DNA from: Flavobacteriaceae bacterium
GTDB lineage: Bacteria > Bacteroidota > Bacteroidia > Flavobacteriales > Flavobacteriaceae
NCBI GenBank assembly: GCA_024742935.1
Contig: JANSXN010000003.1
Coordinates: forward strand, 4,757-68,756
Reading direction: 5' to 3'
DNA length: 64,000 bases
Shown here: positions 46,702 to 56,133 of the stretch, piece after piece
Layout: each line of letters opens with the position of its first letter
How positions within the stretch are numbered: the stretch's first letter is position 1
The notes under the pieces: model-generated
The model's database searches: none
Seen by the model: the letters and a program-made list of their open reading frames with translations, nothing else
Told to the model about the DNA's origin: nothing
Translations under genes and position numbers: made by a program

Positions 46702-46949
46702 AACAGTTGGTTTTTATTGTTTCATTAAATTTTTAGATCCTTGAATTTCAAGACTAAAGATTAAAATTAGTTAAAATTAATTAAAGAACCTTATTGCTAT
46801 CTATCTTTATTTACCTTATGAAAATACGCCAAGCATTCTTTTAAAAAATTTATGCTTTGCTTTAACGTTGTGAATTTTATCAAGTACTTAACAAATTTAT
46901 AACTAGATTACCAATCCACATTTTGCTATATTTACCAAAAAGTAACAAA

Positions 46950-48731
46950 ATGCGTTTTACCCTTTGCCTTCTAATCTTTTGCTTTGGCATGGTTTCTTTC
47001 TCTCAAAATGAGAACCTGGCTAAAAACTATTTTGACAGGGGTGATTTTGAAAAAGCCTTGCCCATTTACAGAGCCCTTTTTGAAAACAATCAAAACCGCA
47101 ACGACTATTTTCTTTCATACATCGCTACGCTTCAACAGCTTGAAAATTTTGAAGAAAGTCAAAAACTACTTCAGGAACGACTCACATTAACCAGAAATCA
47201 CCCCTTGTTTTTAATTGAAATGGGAAGAAACCATCTCATTCAAAATCAAAGTGAAGAAGCAAACTCCTATTTTCAACAAGCACTACAGGCCATTGATGAA
47301 AACCCGAGAATAACTTATACAGTTGCCAATTCTTTTGAAAAATACAGTTTGCTGGACCTGGCGGTAAGTGCCTATGAAAAAGGAGCTTCACTTGACGAAA
47401 ATCTCAATTTTGACAGTCAGTTGGCGCGTATTTATGGTGAGCAGGGCGAGTTGGAGAAAATGTTTGACAGTTATTTGAGGATTATTGAAAGAAATCCCTC
47501 GTTTTTAATCTCTGCGCAGCGCAATTTTAGTCGATATGTGACAGATGACCCTCAAAATGAGGCCAATGATTTGTTGCGCAAGGCACTTTTGAGGCGCTCT
47601 CAAAACAATCCTGACTTATTTTACAATCAGTTACTCAGTTGGTTGTTTGTACAGCAAAAACAATATGACAGAGCCTTTATACAAGAAAAAGCCATTTTCA
47701 ACCGCACCTTTGAAAGCCTAAATGAAATGATGGAATTGGCATTAATTGCCCTCGACGATGAAGCGTATGAAGTATCAAACGAAATTTTATCTTACATAAT
47801 CGAAAATAGTACTTCAGAGAGAGACCGCCTTCAGGCCTTTCAATACGCTATGAAAATTGAAGCAAAAACGGCAAAAAAAGAAAACTTCGCTGAGGTAGAA
47901 AAAAAATATCAAAATTTGATTGGACTCTTTGGAGAAGACACCAAGACTTTTGAAATACAGCTCGATTACTATCACTTTTTGGCTTTTCAGAACAATAAAA
48001 AGCAAATTGCCGTTGAAAATCTTAAAAAATTAAGTCGTGAGAATCTGAGTAGGTATCAAGAAGCCCGGGTTTTAATGCAACTAGCAGATATACTGGTGTT
48101 TGATGAAAAGTTTAATGAAGCGCTCATTTACTATTCACAAATTCAGAATAAAGTTAAAAATGATCCCATAGCACAGGAAGCCCGTTTTAAAGTAGCCCGC
48201 ACAAGTTATTTTAAAGGAGATTTTGAATGGGCCAAAACACAGCTTGACATCCTAAAAAAATCAACTTCCCAACTCATTGCAAATGATGCGATGGAGCTCA
48301 GTTTGCTCATCAGTGACAACTCACTGGAAGACAGCTTGCAAACCGCACTAAAAAAATATGCGCGAGCAGATCTGTTGGACTTGCAAGGAAAACATCAGGA
48401 GGCCATTGCCATTCTGGAAACTATTTTAGGCAATCACATAGGAGAGTCAATAGAAGATGAAGCTTTACTCAAACAAGCACAGGTATTTGAAAAGACAAAC
48501 CAATATGATAAAGCAAAAGATAATTATCTAAAGATAATAGAGTTTCACAACGAAGATATCCTGGCAGATAACGCCTATTTTTACCTCGCAGAATTGTACA
48601 ACAAAACCCTTCAACAACCTGAAAAAGCAAAAGAATTCTATGAGCAAATCATTTTTAACCATCAGGATTCCATCTTTTTTGTAGAAGCCCGAAAACAATA
48701 CCGAAGCATAAGAGGGGACGCAATTAATTAG
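46950..48731 (+). CDS. Periplasmic tetratricopeptide-repeat protein
   Basis: Signal peptide and many TPR helices. Start moved to ATG 46950. Confidence 0.85.
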   Translation: MRFTLCLLIFCFGMVSFSQNENLAKNYFDRGDFEKALPIYRALFENNQNRNDYFLSYIATLQQLENFEESQKLLQERLTLTRNHPLFLIEMGRNHLIQNQSEEANSYFQQALQAIDENPRITYTVANSFEKYSLLDLAVSAYEKGASLDENLNFDSQLARIYGEQGELEKMFDSYLRIIERNPSFLISAQRNFSRYVTDDPQNEANDLLRKALLRRSQNNPDLFYNQLLSWLFVQQKQYDRAFIQEKAIFNRTFESLNEMMELALIALDDEAYEVSNEILSYIIENSTSERDRLQAFQYAMKIEAKTAKKENFAEVEKKYQNLIGLFGEDTKTFEIQLDYYHFLAFQNNKKQIAVENLKKLSRENLSRYQEARVLMQLADILVFDEKFNEALIYYSQIQNKVKNDPIAQEARFKVARTSYFKGDFEWAKTQLDILKKSTSQLIANDAMELSLLISDNSLEDSLQTALKKYARADLLDLQGKHQEAIAILETILGNHIGESIEDEALLKQAQVFEKTNQYDKAKDNYLKIIEFHNEDILADNAYFYLAELYNKTLQQPEKAKEFYEQIIFNHQDSIFFVEARKQYRSIRGDAIN

Positions 48732-48733
48732 AA

Positions 48734-48768
48734 AACTCACCTCTCACAACTAATTACTAATAACTACT
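48734..48768. repeat. Degenerate 7-nt repeat array
   Basis: AACTCAC CTCTCAC AACTAAT TACTAAT AACTACT, ending at the base before ATG 48769. Confidence 0.65.
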
Positions 48769-49086
48769 ATGCACATCTACAACGTCACCATAAACATAGA
48801 AGAAGACATTCACGACCGCTGGTTACTTTGGATGAAAGAGGAACACATCCCGGAAATGCTGGCAACCGGAAAATTCAGCGCTGCAAAAATGTGCCGCGTT
48901 CTGGTGGAAGAAGAAATGGGCGGACTCACTTATGCCGTGCAATACACTACAGACAGTAAAGAAACATTGGAAAAATATTATCAAGAAGACGCAGACCGCC
49001 TGCGTTCAAAAAGCACTATTTTTGCCGGAAAATTTGTCGCATTCAGAACAGAGCTTCAAATCATTAGTGAACACACATCCGGATGA
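48769..49086 (+). CDS. DUF4286 family protein
   Basis: [22 protein letters not shown] and FRTEL. Confidence 0.85.
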   Translation: MHIYNVTINIEEDIHDRWLLWMKEEHIPEMLATGKFSAAKMCRVLVEEEMGGLTYAVQYTTDSKETLEKYYQEDADRLRSKSTIFAGKFVAFRTELQIISEHTSG

Positions 49087-49958
49087 GAAAATTTTATAAG
49101 AAAGAACAAAGAGCAAAAAACACAAACAGCACTTCAGAGGGAACTAATGAAAGTGAAGTGAGTGCAAAAAAGCACTTAGGCCAGCATTTCTTAAAAGATG
49201 AGCACATCGCTCAAAAAATAGCAGACACACTCACCTTACAAGGCTATAAACACGTTATCGAGATTGGCCCCGGAATGGGCGTGCTTACCAAATACCTCAT
49301 TCAAAAAGACATCGACCTCATCGCGATGGATATTGATACAGAATCTGTTGCTTATCTTAACTCCAGTTTTATTTCACAGCACAGTGATCTCCTTAAAACC
49401 AAAAATTTTAAAGTCGCAGAGGCCGATTTTTTAAAAATTGACCTTTCAGATTACTTTAGAGACACACCCTTTGCTATCACAGGAAATTTTCCATACAACA
49501 TCTCCACCCAAATCGTTTTTAAAATGCTGGAATGGAGACATCAAATCCCGGAATTTACCGGTATGTTTCAAAAAGAAGTGGCTCAGCGCATTTGTGAAAA
49601 ACCGGGCAGTAAGACCTATGGTATCCTTTCCGTTTTGGTTCAGGCGTTTTATGTTGCAGAGTACCTGTTCACCGTTCCACCTTCCGTTTTTAGCCCGCCG
49701 CCAAAAGTGGATAGTGGTGTGTTAAGACTCATCAGAAAAGATGATTTTTCACTTCCTTGCAATGAAAAATTATTCTTTACAGTTGTAAAAACTGCTTTCG
49801 GTCAACGCCGAAAAACATTGAGAAACAGTTTAAAATCTTTCGCTTTAAGCGAAAATTTAAAAGAAGATACTATCTTTGACAAACGTCCGGAGCAATTAGG
49901 CTTTGAAGTCTTTATTGCTTTAACCCAAAAGATAGAAAGCGATGCAGTTTCAAATTAG
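49083..49958 (+). CDS. rsmA: 16S rRNA adenine dimethyltransferase RsmA/KsgA
   Basis: [30 protein letters not shown] and QRRKTLRN. Confidence 0.97.
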   Translation: MRKFYKKEQRAKNTNSTSEGTNESEVSAKKHLGQHFLKDEHIAQKIADTLTLQGYKHVIEIGPGMGVLTKYLIQKDIDLIAMDIDTESVAYLNSSFISQHSDLLKTKNFKVAEADFLKIDLSDYFRDTPFAITGNFPYNISTQIVFKMLEWRHQIPEFTGMFQKEVAQRICEKPGSKTYGILSVLVQAFYVAEYLFTVPPSVFSPPPKVDSGVLRLIRKDDFSLPCNEKLFFTVVKTAFGQRRKTLRNSLKSFALSENLKEDTIFDKRPEQLGFEVFIALTQKIESDAVSN

Positions 49959-51291
49959 TCCAGAACTTATTGAAAAAATCGAGCAACTTGTCGAAGAACA
50001 AAACGACAAGGAACTGCTAGCGCATCTTGAAGACCTTCACCACGCTGATATTGCCGAAATTCTCGATGAGCTGGATCTGAATGAATCTACTTATATCATC
50101 AAGTTACTCGACAGTGAGAAAACTTCAGAGGTACTTATGGAACTCGATGAAGGCGATCGAGAAAAAATACTCGACAACCTCTCCTCCAAAGAAATTGCTG
50201 ATGAGCTGGAAGAAATGGATACTGATGATGCCGCTGATATTATTGCCGAACTGTCTGAAGAACGACAAGAGGAGGTTATTTCAAACATTGAAGACCGCGA
50301 ACACGCTCAAGATATACAAGAGCTCTTGCGATATGATGAAGACTCTGCCGGCGGATTGATGGCAAAAGAACTTATCAAGGTTAGGGAGACCTGGACCGTT
50401 GCGGGTTGTGTGAGAGAAATGCGCAGGCAAGCAGAAAATGTAACCCGCGTGCACTCCATTTATGTTGTTGATAAAAGAGATAAACTCATTGGAAGATTAT
50501 CTTTAAAAGATCTTTTGACTGTACCGCCTCAAACTAAAATATCAGAAATCTATATTCCCCGTGTTGACTTTGTTGATGTGCATACAGAAGGAGAAGAAGT
50601 CGCACGAATTATGCAAAAATATGACTTGGAAGCCATTCCTGTGGTTGATGAAATAGGCAGATTGGTAGGTCGTGTTACCATTGATGATATTGTTGACTTT
50701 ATCAAAGAAGAAGCTGAAAAAGATTATCAGCTCGCTGCCGGTATCTCACAAGACGTAGAAGCAGATGACAGTATCTGGCAATTATCAAAAGCACGTTTAC
50801 CCTGGCTGGTATTAGGTCTTTTTGGAGGGTTGGGTAGTGTGTACATTATGCAAGGATTTGATGAGGCTTTGGAGAGCTTTCCAATACTTTTTTTCTTTAC
50901 ACCCCTTATTGCCGCGATGGCTGGAAATGTTGGTGTTCAATCGAGCGCTATTATTGTGCAGGGACTTGCAAATGATAACATTAGAGGAAGTCTGTTTCAT
51001 CGTTTATTAAAAGAAGTTGGGTTGAGTCTACTCAACGGGTTTGCTCTGGCTGCCCTCGTTTTCCTTTTTGGGTTTATTGTGGGTCAGGATCAATTGACCA
51101 GTTTGGCGATTGCGCTTTCTATGCTTCTGGTTATTATTGTTGCCGCACTTGTGGGGACTTTTGTACCCATCATACTTGATAAACGAGGTATTGATCCGGC
51201 CATTGCTACCGGTCCTTTTATCACAACTTGTAATGATATATTCGGAATCTTTTTGTTTTTTTATATCTCCAAATTGATCCTTGGTTTTTAA
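49942..51291 (+). CDS. mgtE: Magnesium transporter MgtE
   Basis: Acidic N-domain, CBS pair, RLPWL, GNVGVQS and GPFITT.ND. Confidence 0.95.
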   Translation: MQFQISPELIEKIEQLVEEQNDKELLAHLEDLHHADIAEILDELDLNESTYIIKLLDSEKTSEVLMELDEGDREKILDNLSSKEIADELEEMDTDDAADIIAELSEERQEEVISNIEDREHAQDIQELLRYDEDSAGGLMAKELIKVRETWTVAGCVREMRRQAENVTRVHSIYVVDKRDKLIGRLSLKDLLTVPPQTKISEIYIPRVDFVDVHTEGEEVARIMQKYDLEAIPVVDEIGRLVGRVTIDDIVDFIKEEAEKDYQLAAGISQDVEADDSIWQLSKARLPWLVLGLFGGLGSVYIMQGFDEALESFPILFFFTPLIAAMAGNVGVQSSAIIVQGLANDNIRGSLFHRLLKEVGLSLLNGFALAALVFLFGFIVGQDQLTSLAIALSMLLVIIVAALVGTFVPIILDKRGIDPAIATGPFITTCNDIFGIFLFFYISKLILGF

Positions 51292-51319
51292 ACTTCAATC
51301 CAACTTATAGTTCAATATT

Positions 51320-51709
51320 TTGAATTACTTTAAATCTGAAATAACCGTTCCTAAAACCGCTATTGACAACCTAAAACATGTTAATAATGTAGTTTATTTA
51401 CAATGGGTTCAAGATGTGGCAGAACAACATTGGATTGAAAGGACTGATACTGCTTTACGCAATAAAATTGCCTGGGTTGTCCTCAATCATTTTATTGAAT
51501 ACAAAGCCCCCGCTTTTGAAAACGATGTTTTAATTATGAAAACCTGGGTTGATAATTATAGCGGAGTTACCAGTGAACGTCACACAGAAATTCTTAGAAA
51601 AACAGACCAAAAATTATTGGTTCAAGCCAAAACGGTTTGGTGTATGATTGATAAAGAAACCGGAAAGCCGATGCGGATTACTGAAAAATTGATTAACAAA
51701 TTTCCTTAA
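51320..51709 (+). CDS. Acyl-CoA thioesterase (hotdog fold, FadM/YbgC-like)
   Basis: IDNLKHVNNVVYLQW. Confidence 0.88.
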   Translation: MNYFKSEITVPKTAIDNLKHVNNVVYLQWVQDVAEQHWIERTDTALRNKIAWVVLNHFIEYKAPAFENDVLIMKTWVDNYSGVTSERHTEILRKTDQKLLVQAKTVWCMIDKETGKPMRITEKLINKFP

Positions 51710-51711
51710 AA

Positions 51712-52443
51712 ATGAACTTATTAAAAACTACATTACTTTTTTTGATTTCAGTTATACTTTTTTCAGGGTGTTTAGAAACTCGGAAAACACCTCAGAAAGT
51801 AAATCCTTCAACTGAGGTAAAAATCTCAGGGGAGATGAAAAACGTCATGCGTCTAGGAAAACTTGAAGGCAGCATTTCTTTAGATACACTAAACAAAAAG
51901 AACCTTTATGGTATTGGCCCGGTGGAAAATCTGCAAGGGGAGTTGATGATTTTTGATGGAATTTCCTATGTATCAAAAGTGAAAACTGACAGCTCCATGA
52001 CCGTCGAGACCTCTTTTGATATTAAAGCACCTTTTTTTGTATATGCACAAGTTGATGAATGGGAAAGTGAAACATTACCGAGCTCGATTAGCAATCTTGA
52101 TACATTGGAACGTTACCTAGATGAAAAGTTTAAAGAAAGGTATGAGCCTGTTGTCTTTAAAATTGAAGGACAAATTGATTCCGCCACCATTCACATTGTA
52201 AACCTTCCTGATGGCTCCACAGTTAGCTCTCCTGAAGAAGCCCATCAAGGCATTGTTTATTATCCAATCACAAACGCAAAAGTGGATATTTTAGGCTTTT
52301 TTTCCAGAAAACATCAGGCGATTTTCACACATCACGATACTTTCATGCACCTGCATTTGATTACTAAAGACCGAGAAATGATGGGGCATTTAGATGAAAT
52401 TGACTTTGGTTCTAATCAACTAACTTTGTACTGGTCAAAGTAA
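51712..52443 (+). CDS. Alpha-acetolactate decarboxylase homologue, predicted lipoprotein
   Basis: YGIG...LQGELMIFDG, APFF, GFF, and zinc ligands MHLH...GH; lipobox FSGC. Confidence 0.78.
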   Translation: MNLLKTTLLFLISVILFSGCLETRKTPQKVNPSTEVKISGEMKNVMRLGKLEGSISLDTLNKKNLYGIGPVENLQGELMIFDGISYVSKVKTDSSMTVETSFDIKAPFFVYAQVDEWESETLPSSISNLDTLERYLDEKFKERYEPVVFKIEGQIDSATIHIVNLPDGSTVSSPEEAHQGIVYYPITNAKVDILGFFSRKHQAIFTHHDTFMHLHLITKDREMMGHLDEIDFGSNQLTLYWSK

Positions 52444-52458
52444 CAATACAACTCTGTA

Positions 52459-53814
52459 ATGAAAATCCTCCACCTCGATAAAAACCACCCACTTCTCCAA
52501 GATCAACTTGCAGCCGCCGGTTTTCAAAATGAGGAGGATTACACTTCTTCAAAAAAAGAAATTGAAGCAAAAATTGCCCTTTATGAAGGCATTGTCATTC
52601 GCAGTCGTTTTGAAATTGATAAAACCTTTCTCGCAGCTGCCAAAAACCTGAAGTTCATAGCACGAGTAGGCGCCGGATTGGAAAGTATAGAGACCGCTTA
52701 CGCCGAAAGCAAAAACATCACCCTCATCGCAGCCCCTGAAGGCAACAGCAACGCGGTAAGCGAACATGCACTGGGAATGCTGCTGAACCTTTTCAACAAA
52801 CTCAAACAAGCAGATAACGAAGTAAAAAACGGATTGTGGAATCGTGAGTCAAACCGAGGTGTGGAACTCGACGGAAAAACCGTGGGCATCATCGGGTATG
52901 GGAATATGGGTAAAGCCTTCGCCAAAAAATTACGCGGCTTTGAAGTGGACACTCTTTGTTATGACGTCAAAGAAAATGTGGGCGACCAAAACGCAAAACA
53001 GGTCCCGCTGCAAGAACTCTTTGAAAAAACAGATGTGTTGAGTTTACACATCCCCTGGGATGAAACAACCGACAAAATGGTCAATGCGCAATTTATCTCT
53101 AAATTCAAAAAATCGTTTTGGCTGCTAAACACTGCAAGGGGAAAATGTATAGTCACAACCGATTTAGTAGCAGCTTTAAAGTCAGGTAAAATTCTGGGAG
53201 CCGGATTGGATGTTTTGGAATATGAAAAAAACTCATTTGAATCCTTATTTACAACAAATGACCTTCCGAAAGCTTTAGAGGAATTGATCCAAATGGATAA
53301 TGTGGTCCTAAGCCCCCATATCGCAGGGTGGACGGTGGAAAGTAAAGAAAAACTGGCACAGGTGATTGTTGATAAAATCAAGAATTTATATGGTTTGAGT
53401 GGAAATGAGAAGAGACTCTTGCCTGCGCAGGAGTTTGGAGTTTCAGGCCTTGGCGGATTTTTCTTTAAAACCAAAGACCCAGACGCCATCAAAAGCTGGT
53501 ATAAAAAACACTTAGGAATGAATACAGACCAATATGGCTGGACATTCTGGTGGAAAGACAGGGATGGAAATGACTGTTCAACACAATGGAGCCCGTTTAA
53601 GGATGATACCTCTTATTTCGCTCCAAGTGAGAAACCCTTTATGATGAATATGAGAGTTAAGAACCTTGATAAACTTTTAGAGCAACTTAAAGTAGAAGGA
53701 ATAACTGTGGTGGGAAATGTGGAAGAGTTTAGTTATGGAAAATTTGGCTGGATTCTCGACCCTGAGGGCAATAAAATAGAGCTTTGGGAGCCAAATGACA
53801 GGGCTTTTTTATAA
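52459..53814 (+). CDS. D-isomer-specific 2-hydroxyacid dehydrogenase (SerA-like) fused to a VOC/glyoxalase domain
   Basis: ARVGAG, GIIGYGNMG, NTARG, DVLEYE and SPHIAG, then GLGGFFFK...DPEGNKIELWEP in one frame. Confidence 0.85.
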   Translation: MKILHLDKNHPLLQDQLAAAGFQNEEDYTSSKKEIEAKIALYEGIVIRSRFEIDKTFLAAAKNLKFIARVGAGLESIETAYAESKNITLIAAPEGNSNAVSEHALGMLLNLFNKLKQADNEVKNGLWNRESNRGVELDGKTVGIIGYGNMGKAFAKKLRGFEVDTLCYDVKENVGDQNAKQVPLQELFEKTDVLSLHIPWDETTDKMVNAQFISKFKKSFWLLNTARGKCIVTTDLVAALKSGKILGAGLDVLEYEKNSFESLFTTNDLPKALEELIQMDNVVLSPHIAGWTVESKEKLAQVIVDKIKNLYGLSGNEKRLLPAQEFGVSGLGGFFFKTKDPDAIKSWYKKHLGMNTDQYGWTFWWKDRDGNDCSTQWSPFKDDTSYFAPSEKPFMMNMRVKNLDKLLEQLKVEGITVVGNVEEFSYGKFGWILDPEGNKIELWEPNDRAFL

Positions 53815-53900
53815 CTGTTTAAAGAAATGGTAAGCCCAAGATTTTTAATTCATTAAAAATTTACTACTTTTAACTTAAACTGCTAATCATTTTTTAAATC

Positions 53901-54251
53901 ATGGAAGAAAACAAAAACTCAGACAACCTTGGCGATGAAGCCAAAAAAACAGCAAATGAATTTAAAGAAAGCTGGAACAAATCCATCAATGAAAACAAAG
54001 AAAACAAAAAGTTAATTGCCGGTATTTTGGCGATACTTTTAGGTGGCTTTGGTATTCACAAATTTATTTTAGGTTACAACAAAGAGGGTATAATTCTTTT
54101 AATTGTAACTGTGGTATTAGGAATTATTACCTGCGGTGTTGCAGCATCTGCAGCCTGGATTGTTGGTCTTATAGAAGGAATCATCTATTTGACTAAAAGT
54201 GATGAAGAATTTTTTGAAACTTATCAGGCTAACAAAAAACCTTGGTTTTAA
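53901..54251 (+). CDS. TM2-domain membrane protein
   Basis: AGILAILLGGFGIHKFILG and EGIIYL. Confidence 0.88.
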   Translation: MEENKNSDNLGDEAKKTANEFKESWNKSINENKENKKLIAGILAILLGGFGIHKFILGYNKEGIILLIVTVVLGIITCGVAASAAWIVGLIEGIIYLTKSDEEFFETYQANKKPWF

Positions 54252-54265
54252 AAGTTTCTTAAAAA

Positions 54266-56083
54266 TTACTCTTTATTTTCCTCATTTTTTGAGGCAAATT
54301 TTTGTTCCATTTCGGCTTGAAACTCTTCCAGAACAGGTTTGACTGTACTTTCAGGCAAATCTGCTATGCGAATATACATCAAGCCGTCAACCGCATTATT
54401 AAAGAGCGGATCCACATTAAAAGCGACCACTTTTGCGTTTTGTTTGATGTATTTTTTAATCAATACCGGCAGACGCAATTCGCCTGGCTCAAGTTCGTCG
54501 ATAATTCTATCAAACTTGTTTAAGTCAGCTTCGGTTTCATCAAAAACAAAGTCTTTGTCGGCATCTTTTAATTTTACTTTAAAATCTTTTTTGGGGTGAA
54601 TAAACTGCGCCACATAAGGGTCATAATAGTTAGATTTCATAAATTCTATCATCAACGATTTTGAAAACTCTGAAAATCGGTCACTTATGGTAACCCCACC
54701 AATGAGGTAACGATGTTCAGGAAAACGCAGTGTGGTGTGAACAATTCCTTTCCAAAGCAGAAAGAGCGGCATAGGTTTTTGCTGGTATTCTTTGATAATA
54801 AAGGCGCGTCCCATTTCTATAGACTGGCTCATCATTTTATGCAATTCAGGCTCAAACCTGAAAAGGTCATGAAGGTAAAACCCCTCAATTCCATAAGCTT
54901 CATAGATTTTTGAGCCCAAGCCCATTCGGTAGGCTCCGGCAATTTTTTTGGTCTCGTTGTCCCATAAAAACATGTGGTGGTAGTATGCATCAAAAACATC
55001 AAGGTCTATGTCTTTATTTGTTCCTTCACCCACTTCCCTAAAAGTAATTTCGCGTAAGCGTCCTATTTCCTGAAGAATGTTTGGGATGTGCTCCGGGTGA
55101 GAAAGAAAAACTTCATAGTTTTTACTAATCAACAATCGTTTGTCCAATTCCTGAAGTTTGAGCACTTCCTTTTCAAGAATATGGGAGGCAACAGGCGTTG
55201 CAATACTTTTTGGAGGTTTTGGAAACTTCAGTTTTTTTGGAATATTGTCCAGTAATTTTTTCTTTGCAAAAGTGTTGGCAAGCATATAGGTTTTCTTGCG
55301 AAGAAAGGCTGTAAAATCTTGCAATGATTCTTGTTCCTGCTGATCTTTAACTGAAATGGCATTCCCAATTCTTATTTTTATTGTACGTTCTCGCTGACTC
55401 AATAATTCTGAAGGAAGTTTTGCTGTACGAAAAGTAGAACTCAACTTAGCAAGCTTATAAAACAACAAGCTGTTTTTTGCGTGAAAGTAAATGGGCACTA
55501 CAGGTACCTCCGCTTTTTTGATTAGTTTCATCGCGGCCTCTTCCCATGGTTTGTCAGTAATGCGTTTGTCTTCTTTATATGTTGAAACCTCTCCTGCGGG
55601 AAAAAGACCTAAAGGATGTTCTTCCTGAAGATGTTTTAGTGCATTTTTGAAGCCACTCACACTTGATTTTACTTCCTTTTTGTTTTCAAAAGGATTTACA
55701 GGCATCACGTAAGGCTTAAGTGGCTCAATGCGGTGCAGTAAAAAATTGGCGATGATTTTATAATCTGGTCTTTGCTCTAAAAGTATTTTTAACAACAAGA
55801 TACCGTCGATTCCTCCCAGAGGGTGATTTGATATGGTAATAAATGAGCCGGTTTTTGGAATGCGTCTAAGGTCTTCTTCCGGAATTTCAAATTTGACTTC
55901 AAATTCTTCAAGCAACGCGTTGATAAAATCAATTTCTTCCAGGTGTTTGTGTTTATCATAAATGCGATTGCAGGCAGAAATGCGCATTGTTTTCATTAAA
56001 GTCCAGCCAATGAAAGTGCCTAAAAACCCAAGTTTATGGACATTAATAGCTTGCGCAATTTCTTTTGGGGTTACTAATGGCAT
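54266..56083 (-). CDS. Bifunctional PlsC-like O-acyltransferase + GNAT N-acyltransferase (OlsF-like amino-lipid synthase)
   Basis: NHPLGGID and FPAGEVS (acyltransferase); EIGRLREITFR, DLDVFD, EMGRAF and PVLIKKY (Acetyltransf_5). Start moved to 56083. Confidence 0.8.
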   Translation of the reverse strand: MPLVTPKEIAQAINVHKLGFLGTFIGWTLMKTMRISACNRIYDKHKHLEEIDFINALLEEFEVKFEIPEEDLRRIPKTGSFITISNHPLGGIDGILLLKILLEQRPDYKIIANFLLHRIEPLKPYVMPVNPFENKKEVKSSVSGFKNALKHLQEEHPLGLFPAGEVSTYKEDKRITDKPWEEAAMKLIKKAEVPVVPIYFHAKNSLLFYKLAKLSSTFRTAKLPSELLSQRERTIKIRIGNAISVKDQQEQESLQDFTAFLRKKTYMLANTFAKKKLLDNIPKKLKFPKPPKSIATPVASHILEKEVLKLQELDKRLLISKNYEVFLSHPEHIPNILQEIGRLREITFREVGEGTNKDIDLDVFDAYYHHMFLWDNETKKIAGAYRMGLGSKIYEAYGIEGFYLHDLFRFEPELHKMMSQSIEMGRAFIIKEYQQKPMPLFLLWKGIVHTTLRFPEHRYLIGGVTISDRFSEFSKSLMIEFMKSNYYDPYVAQFIHPKKDFKVKLKDADKDFVFDETEADLNKFDRIIDELEPGELRLPVLIKKYIKQNAKVVAFNVDPLFNNAVDGLMYIRIADLPESTVKPVLEEFQAEMEQKFASKNEENKE

Positions 56084-56133
56084 TGTAGAAATGTTGTTTT
56101 GGGTAAATATAGTGAAATAGTATTTATCTTGAA

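Noticed and set aside
5287-48768. CRISPR array or simple microsatellite interpretation of the short repeats
   Set aside because: Units are 7 nt, degenerate and have no spacers; there are no cas genes and no 23-47-nt repeat-spacer pattern anywhere in the window.
52959-53492. 177-aa antisense ORF within the dehydrogenase-VOC gene, and similar alternative-frame ORFs across the window
   Set aside because: They fully overlap well-conserved genes and show no motifs; expected by chance.
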